A stretch of DNA of 63,616 nt from Paraspadella gotoi (lineage: Eukaryota > Animalia > Chaetognatha), in NCBI GenBank assembly GCA_051294375.1, contig CM119263.1, positions 27,676,568 to 27,740,183 on the forward strand, read 5' to 3'. The notes under the pieces were generated by a model. That model ran no database searches and was not told the origin of the DNA. It worked only from the letters and a program-made list of their open reading frames with translations. Within the stretch, counting starts at the first letter, position 1. Every line of letters starts with the position of its first letter. Below are positions 62,926 to 63,616 of the stretch, one piece after another. Both the position numbers and the translations under genes were made by a program.

Positions 62926-63616
62926 TTTCGCCACGTTATTTTTCATTGTGTCATATATATAAATAACTGTTCGATATTTCTTTTGTTTAAATATTAGTTG
63001 TCAATGTGTTTGTTTCATTTTTTTCGTTGCGTATTGACTCATATATTTTATTTTTAAAAAAAAGTCGTTGTTTGTAATAAATTAAAGACTTTGTCTTTGT
63101 TCTTACTAATATTAGTTATTGTTAATTTTTTTAGCAGCATTTATTTTCTTTAGCAAAGCTTGGGATTTCCTCTTCCAAAGCTTCGCGCTTTACTTCTCCT
63201 TCCCTCGAGAAAGAACGTGTAAAATGAGAGTTTTTTGAATAATCCATTAATCAGACTTAAAACTTCGATATTATTATGAAATATCGTTAACGAGACTAAG
63301 GAGATTGATGATTGATGAGAACCAAAGAAAGAAACAATTCCTGATAGATAAGTATTTCTTTTTTATTCCACTTCAAAATTATAAATCCAGATTTATTTCT
63401 TTCTCAGTCCTCTTAAATAATAAATTCCTTTATACATCTAGTTATGCTCAACTTCATACATTCAATTATTCCGTATTCATTTACTCTTCAGTTCATGTAT
63501 TGATTCATTAGGTATTAAATTATTAAGTAAATCATTCAATGACTGATTCAATTAATTATGTGTGATAATTGACCGATATATTTATCGATTGGTTCGTTGT
63601 TTAGTCCAAGTTAACG

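Overview
Microsatellite-rich animal (probably invertebrate) genomic DNA; the species cannot be determined from the window, and most ORFs in the track are low-complexity artefacts. Supported genes: the first two coding exons of an ionotropic glutamate receptor subunit (minus strand, continuing off the left edge), a divergent rhodopsin-like GPCR, a candidate secreted amidated-peptide precursor, a long XK-related membrane protein and an EamA/SLC35G-type transporter. Mobile DNA: a young, intact CsRn1-clade Ty3/gypsy LTR retrotransposon (51981-58585), a structured solo LTR, two families of Helentron/HINE-like elements, foldback MITEs and many minisatellites. The most striking unexplained signal is a pair of diverged ~0.5 kb non-coding paralogues (4385-4864 and 5012-5516) that keep the same multi-helix base-pairing pattern, with compensatory and G-U changes. 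They are a candidate large structured RNA that I cannot assign to a known family. All alignments and folds were done by eye and need computational confirmation.
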